A stretch of DNA of 55,050 nt from assembly GCA_903859365.1 (NCBI GenBank), contig CAIOMD010000001.1:1-55050 (forward strand), written 5' to 3'. Source of the stretch: an uncultured Candidatus Saccharibacteria bacterium. Lineage in GTDB: Bacteria > Patescibacteriota > Saccharimonadia > Saccharimonadales > CAIOMD01. The notes beneath the pieces are model-generated. The model had not been told where the DNA came from, did no database searches, and saw only the letters and a program-made list of their open reading frames with translations. Below are positions 49,960 to 55,050 of the stretch, one piece after another. The position numbers and the translations under genes were made by a program. Position 1 is the first letter of the stretch; each line of letters opens with the position of its first letter.

Positions 49960-51858
49960 CTAGTGCTTCATAAGTACAGCTTTTATTCTTCTAATTCCTG
50001 CTGAAGAAGATTCTTCTTTTGTAATTTTGAATCTTTTACCACCTTCAGATAATTCTTTTGTATGATTAACGTGTGGTCCTCCACAAATTTCAAAACTAAA
50101 GGGTTTTTTGTCTGTCTTGGCTTGCATGCGATAAACTTTAACTACATCTCCATATCTGTCACCGAAAGCTCCAAGAACCTGCAAATCTTCTATCGCATGT
50201 TTCGTTGGATGCTCTTCCCAAGTAATTTGTAAATCTTTATCGATTTGTTCATTAACGGAATCTTCGACCAATTTAATCTGTTCTGGCGTCATTTTTTCAG
50301 GATGACTAAAATCAAATCGTAATCTCTCCTCCGTAATATTGCTGCCGTGCTGAATAACATGATCACCTAAAACATTACGCAGCGACTGGTACATGAGATG
50401 AGTTGCGGTATGATATTTTTTATGAATTTCGGTCTGCCCACCAAGCCCACCTTTAAAAGTTCCTTTAGTAGCAGTTTGACTACGAGTTCTTTGCTCATCC
50501 ATATGATTATCAAATTCGAGCTTCCAATTATCGGTGACCTCAAACCCCTGAACAAATGCTTCTTCAACACTTAATTCTGCCGGAAATCCGTACGTATCAT
50601 AAAGGGTAAATATATTCTTTCCGCTCAATTTTCCATTTGTGGCCATCTTCTGTAATTCATTGACGCCTTTTCTCAAAGTCTGACGGAAAATTTTTTCTTC
50701 TTTAATTAATGTTGCGATGATGGATTCTTTTTGAGTAGCCACTTCAGGGTATTCATTTTCATACAAACTAACAATGATTGGGACAATTTTTTCACATAAC
50801 CCCTGTTCTATTCCTAACCCAAAGGCATAACGAATTGCTCGACGCATAAATCGTCGCATAACATAGCCCTGCGTTTTATTACTCGGTATTACGCCATCAG
50901 TTGCCAGGAATGTAGCTGTTCTTAAGTGATCTACAATGACGCGCATTGCCGTAAGCTCTTGATCGTATTTTTTGCCACTTAATCGTTCGAGTTCCTCAAT
51001 TATAGGCCAGAGCAAGCTAACTTTAAACATATCATCGTTATTATTTTTAGCTGCTGCAATTCTTTCTAGTCCTCCACCAAAATCTACATTGGCTTTTGGT
51101 AAGCTTGAAAAAGTTCCATCGACATTTTTAAGATACTGCATAAACACGCAATTACCGATTTCCATATATCGCCCACAGTCGCAATTGGGATGGCAAAGCT
51201 TTCCCCATTTAGTGTCATGCTCAATATGCTCGAATTCATAAAAAATTTCTGTATCGGGTCCACCTGGCTCTCCGGCGGGCATGTTACTTGGTATGCCAGC
51301 TCTGCTCCACCAGTTTTTCTTTGCATCGTAATAGAAGATCCTGCCGTTTTGCATTCCCTTTTCATAGCCATTTTGCTCTGAACCCAAATTAACAACTTTT
51401 GCGTCAATATTTTTTTCTTTGAAAAGTTTTTCCCATACCTCTGCTGATTCAGTATCTTTCTCAATTCCAGCTTCCTTATCTCCGATAAATGCAGTAACGA
51501 ATAGTCTGGCTGGATCAAGCTGTACTTCTTCAGTTAAAAATCGGAAAAACCACTCAATTTGCTCTTGCTTGAAATAATCCCCAAAGCTCCAGTTGCCCAG
51601 CATTTCAAAAAAAGTTGTATGTCGATTATCTCCTACTTCTTCTATGTCCTCAGCCCTAAGACATGTTTGACTATCCACAAGTCGTGTTCCTTCAGGATGC
51701 GGCTCTCCGAGAAGATAGGGCAAGAGCGGCTGCATTCCACTTCCAGTAAACAATGTGGTTGGATCATTTTGAGGAACTAAATTAGCACGCGGTATAATGA
51801 CGTGTTTTTTTGACGTAAAATAATTGAGATAGGCTTTTCTTATTTCTTGTGCATTCAT
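49960..51858 (-). CDS. alaS: Alanine--tRNA ligase (short form without C-Ala domain)
   Basis: DPTTLFTGSGM, RHTTFFEMLGNWSFGDYFK, HTATH and CGGPH editing motifs; ends at GIRRIKA; start MNAQE. Confidence 0.96.
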   Translation of the reverse strand: MNAQEIRKAYLNYFTSKKHVIIPRANLVPQNDPTTLFTGSGMQPLLPYLLGEPHPEGTRLVDSQTCLRAEDIEEVGDNRHTTFFEMLGNWSFGDYFKQEQIEWFFRFLTEEVQLDPARLFVTAFIGDKEAGIEKDTESAEVWEKLFKEKNIDAKVVNLGSEQNGYEKGMQNGRIFYYDAKKNWWSRAGIPSNMPAGEPGGPDTEIFYEFEHIEHDTKWGKLCHPNCDCGRYMEIGNCVFMQYLKNVDGTFSSLPKANVDFGGGLERIAAAKNNNDDMFKVSLLWPIIEELERLSGKKYDQELTAMRVIVDHLRTATFLATDGVIPSNKTQGYVMRRFMRRAIRYAFGLGIEQGLCEKIVPIIVSLYENEYPEVATQKESIIATLIKEEKIFRQTLRKGVNELQKMATNGKLSGKNIFTLYDTYGFPAELSVEEAFVQGFEVTDNWKLEFDNHMDEQRTRSQTATKGTFKGGLGGQTEIHKKYHTATHLMYQSLRNVLGDHVIQHGSNITEERLRFDFSHPEKMTPEQIKLVEDSVNEQIDKDLQITWEEHPTKHAIEDLQVLGAFGDRYGDVVKVYRMQAKTDKKPFSFEICGGPHVNHTKELSEGGKRFKITKEESSSAGIRRIKAVLMKH

Positions 51859-51886
51859 TGCTAATATTGTATCAGATTTATAGGGG

Positions 51887-52918
51887 TTAAATAATAATCC
51901 CACCCCCAACAACTCTCTCATTTTCATAAATTACAACCGACTGACCTGGCGTAATGGCTCGAACAGGATCATCAAGTATTATTTCTGTTATTTTTTCCTT
52001 GAAGCTACCTTTGACGAGAGGCGCACGATAACGTGTTCTCACCATGTATGTTTTTCCTATTTGAGGAGCTTCATTTATCCAGTGTACATCAGTAAGATTA
52101 AGTGTCTTCTTCCATAAAGATTCGTCATCAATTCGTGATGTTACATAGACAGTATTTGTTTTCATGTCTTTTCCCGTTACGTAATATGGCAAGCCACCTC
52201 CTACATCAAGCCCATGCCGTTGACCAATTGTATAGAAAATCGCACCGTCATGTTGACCAATTTTTTTTCCATTCTGATCAATGATATCGCCCGCTTCTGT
52301 ATCAACATATTGCTGCAAAAACTCTTTTATCCCTACTTTGCCGACGAAACAGATTCCCATACTCTCTTTTTTTGTAGCAGTAGCAAGATTCATTTCTTCG
52401 GCCATTTTTCTAACCTGTGGTTTGGTGAAGTCGCCAAGTGGAAAAATAGTTCTCTCAAGAACAGATTCTTTTACGCGATACAGAAAATAACTTTGATCCT
52501 TATTAGTATCTTTTCCTACAAGAAGTTTTCCATTTATTGAACGTGCATAGTGTCCGGTAGCGACAAAGTCTGCCCCTTGTTCAATGGCAGTATTATAAAA
52601 GAGTTTGAATTTCACCTCCTGATTGCACATAATATCAGGATTCGGAGTTCGGCCAGCTTTATACTCTTCTATCATATAATCCACTACTTTTTCTTGATAT
52701 TCTTTTTCAAAATCAAACATCTTAAATTCAATACCAAGTTGCACTGCTATTCTTTTTGCGTCCTGATAATCTTCTTTCCAAGGACAAGCAAATCCAGGAA
52801 GATCCTTACTCCAGTTTTTCATATAGACCCCCACCACTAAAAAGCCCTGTTCTTTCAAAAGAGCTGCAGAGACAGAACTGTCAACGCCACCGCTAAGTCC
52901 TACATAAACTGTTTTCAT
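51887..52918 (-). CDS. mnmA: tRNA-specific 2-thiouridylase
   Basis: LSGGVDS, TPNPDIMCN, ATGHYA, KDQSYFL, GICF, TPGQ. Confidence 0.97.
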   Translation of the reverse strand: MKTVYVGLSGGVDSSVSAALLKEQGFLVVGVYMKNWSKDLPGFACPWKEDYQDAKRIAVQLGIEFKMFDFEKEYQEKVVDYMIEEYKAGRTPNPDIMCNQEVKFKLFYNTAIEQGADFVATGHYARSINGKLLVGKDTNKDQSYFLYRVKESVLERTIFPLGDFTKPQVRKMAEEMNLATATKKESMGICFVGKVGIKEFLQQYVDTEAGDIIDQNGKKIGQHDGAIFYTIGQRHGLDVGGGLPYYVTGKDMKTNTVYVTSRIDDESLWKKTLNLTDVHWINEAPQIGKTYMVRTRYRAPLVKGSFKEKITEIILDDPVRAITPGQSVVIYENERVVGGGIII

Positions 52919-52934
52919 CGACTACTAGTGTACA

Positions 52935-53828
52935 CTACTCGCCGAAAGGATGCTCACCTCTTTGAAGTTTTGACTTAACTGTTTTTGTGCCAAAACCCCG
53001 ACCAAGCCAAAAAGTAACAATGATTGCACTAAAAGAGAAAGCAAAAACTTGCCAAGTAACGGACGATACAGATGGGGTTTTTGTCGTAGAAGCACCTGCG
53101 ACAGAAGATTGAACAACTTGCCCATTAGCAACTCCCGATAATTGCAAAAAAGCTGCAGTTCCGTTTTGATCAACTGCTTTTATGAGAACTTTAAAGACCC
53201 CTGATTGTTGATAGGTATGACGTATAGTAAATTGCCCAACGGAGGTTTGCGAATAAACATCTGACGGTGATAGATCCCCCCAGTCAACACTTACGGCATA
53301 TGGTGCAGTTCCACCACTAATAATAATTGGCCAATCGAGCTCTTGTTTGGGATTGGCACCCCTTTGGCCGAAATTAGAAGTTAGCGTAACCAGTGATGAG
53401 AGCGATGGGTTGGCTACAGTATTAGAATAATTAATTGTCACTACGTTACTGTCAGGCCCGGCCTGATTTAAAGCATCATAAACAGTAGCCTTTAATTCAT
53501 TTTGGCCGCTGAAAAGATCAACTTGTATAGAATAAGATCCATTTTGACAAGCTATCGCACCCCCAAAAACACCATTTTTAAAAATTTTTACTAGAGTGTT
53601 TGCTGGACATGAACCCGTTAGGGTTATCGGCACGTTAGTAAAATTTGCGCCATTTGCAGGACTTACGATAGAGGCAGCTACTGACGGGGGAGGAGCTGAA
53701 ACTTCACCCTGTAGTCCAACTCCATTATTTTGTGGGTTAGTTAGAGCTAGGGCATGATTCAAGACAATAAATGATGTGATGGCCGTGGCCAGCATAACAT
53801 GAAGGAGAAATCTGTAGTTTTTATTCAT
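52935..53828 (-). CDS. Secreted/membrane-anchored Ig-like + PKD-like protein
   Basis: Signal peptide, Ig-like (L.G.C...G.N) domain, VDWGD...HTY...G.F PKD-like motif, C-terminal TM helix. Confidence 0.75.
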   Translation of the reverse strand: MNKNYRFLLHVMLATAITSFIVLNHALALTNPQNNGVGLQGEVSAPPPSVAASIVSPANGANFTNVPITLTGSCPANTLVKIFKNGVFGGAIACQNGSYSIQVDLFSGQNELKATVYDALNQAGPDSNVVTINYSNTVANPSLSSLVTLTSNFGQRGANPKQELDWPIIISGGTAPYAVSVDWGDLSPSDVYSQTSVGQFTIRHTYQQSGVFKVLIKAVDQNGTAAFLQLSGVANGQVVQSSVAGASTTKTPSVSSVTWQVFAFSFSAIIVTFWLGRGFGTKTVKSKLQRGEHPFGE

Positions 53829-53853
53829 CTGTTAGCCTAACAGCCCTAAGACC

Positions 53854-54825
53854 TTATTTCTTTACATGAGCATTATGACGAGGCGAATTTCGTCTTCGCA
53901 TTACGACGTAAGTAATTCCACCTATTATAGATACGAGCGCTATTCCTCCGACGACAAGTATCCAAAAAGGGATTACCCAAAAACTTGTTTTAACTGTCAA
54001 CACTTGCCCTAGTGTGCCATAGCCCAAGTATGCTGTCGCAGAATACCTACCAAAAAGATCTTGTTTTTGGATGTTATAGGTATATTTTCTCGTAGTGCCG
54101 GGCAACACTTCACCTCGTGGGTTAGTATTGTTAAAATTAATCGTCTCAACAACCTTGCCGCCACCATCAGTAATATTTATTTTTCCATTTGGTGCAAGAT
54201 GAATATTTCCTGTATTTTGCAATCTTGTAACCATCTGCAGATTCTTAGAATTGCTAAAGAATGAGGCGGTACTTCCATTTTGGGCAGCAGAAAAATCTAC
54301 TAGTTGTAGTTGTTCAGTGAGTTTACCTGGAACGGTAATAAGAAAAATAGTGCCGACGCTTGCCGAAATAGTAACTGACTGTCCATTTGCTGTATTTACA
54401 GAAACAAATCGAACCGCACCATAGTAGCCTCCAGAATTTGCATTTTGTGGAACAGTGATTGTAACAGGAACGGTCGCAGTTTGTCCGGCATCAATTGTTA
54501 TATCAGGGATTGTTGAAGTAAACGCTCTAAAGCTATTGGCAGGTGCTGGCTGTGAGTTATCTAATATTACGGCTGGAGAACCAGATTCATCATTTGATGC
54601 AGTAAACTCATTTATTTCAGCTTTTGCAGTTATTTGATAACTATTAACATTTGTAACAAAAACATTTTCAGTAACTGAATGACCTTTTTCGATCGTAGCG
54701 TCAATTCGAACTGGTGATAACTTAAAACCGTTTGCTACATTCGAAGCTGCATGTGCATAAGAAGATCCGAGCAATCCAAAGATGCCAATTAATGAAACTA
54801 CCTGTAGTAAAATTCTACTCCGCAT
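53854..54825 (-). CDS. WxL-interacting-like surface protein (DUF916/DUF3324-like)
   Basis: Signal peptide, LSPVR, VP.NA.SGGYYG, NTGNIH..P.G, VLPG..R, FGRY.A, FWVIP followed by TM helix and basic tail. Confidence 0.75.
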   Translation of the reverse strand: MRSRILLQVVSLIGIFGLLGSSYAHAASNVANGFKLSPVRIDATIEKGHSVTENVFVTNVNSYQITAKAEINEFTASNDESGSPAVILDNSQPAPANSFRAFTSTIPDITIDAGQTATVPVTITVPQNANSGGYYGAVRFVSVNTANGQSVTISASVGTIFLITVPGKLTEQLQLVDFSAAQNGSTASFFSNSKNLQMVTRLQNTGNIHLAPNGKINITDGGGKVVETINFNNTNPRGEVLPGTTRKYTYNIQKQDLFGRYSATAYLGYGTLGQVLTVKTSFWVIPFWILVVGGIALVSIIGGITYVVMRRRNSPRHNAHVKK

Positions 54826-54909
54826 CTACACTCTCCTTTAATTTCCTATACTGTAGCAAAAAAATCCAAAACGTTACAGCTTATTTTCACTAAATTATCC
54901 TATTTTTAA

Positions 54910-55050
54910 TTAGAATGTACCTGTAGCTATAAGGCTCTCAGAAGCGGTATAGATACCAGCAGGAGTCGTTAGAGCAGCAGTAGCGGCGAAGTTAAGCTTT
55001 GCCCATGCATCTGACGAAGGAGCAACTGTCGCAATCTGATCGCCAGCACC
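54910..55050 (-). CDS. C-terminus of a WxL-like secreted protein (5'-truncated by window edge)
   Basis: Manual translation GAGDQIATVAPSSDAWAKLNFAATAALTTPAGIYTASESLIATGTF*; terminal PAG.Y...L..T strand typical of WxL-like proteins; lies upstream of the DUF916-like gene. Confidence 0.65.
   Translation of the reverse strand, partial: GAGDQIATVAPSSDAWAKLNFAATAALTTPAGIYTASESLIATGTF

Noticed and set aside
52935-53828. Protein ending in ...PFGE, considered as a Pup/UBact-like modifier
   Set aside because: It is a secreted Ig/PKD protein with a TM anchor and lacks the di-glycine motif

Overview
Low-GC chromosomal segment whose gene content and synteny point to a Patescibacteria/CPR genome, most likely Saccharibacteria/TM7 (inference, no database search). 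Diagnostic gene orders are rpmF-nusB-NUDIX-rnc-rpsP-khpA-trmD, ftsA-like/bitopic protein/ruvX/mltG, holin-like/secG/peptide SBP, a short AlaRS and a WxL-like cluster. Most genes are on the minus strand and are housekeeping: leuS, alaS, mnmA, ligA, uvrA, uvrC, sbcB, obgE, ddl, murF, femX-like, mltG. There are 8 tRNAs. Accessory content clusters at tRNAs: a Phd/RelE toxin-antitoxin pair beside tRNA-Gln; a roughly 1.2 kb high-GC, Actinobacteria-like segment directly after tRNA-Ala (truncated nitronate monooxygenase plus a small membrane protein); and an orphan PafA/Dop-family (Pup ligase) gene with a partner ORF between tRNA-Cys and tRNA-Gly, with no Pup or proteasome genes in the window. An oxygen/light stress set is also present: NiSOD sodN-sodX, an oxidative pentose phosphate operon, a class II photolyase and TrhO. 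The best candidate for an undescribed system is the orphan Pup-ligase homolog, since described Saccharibacteria are epibionts of Actinobacteria, which run the Pup-proteasome pathway.
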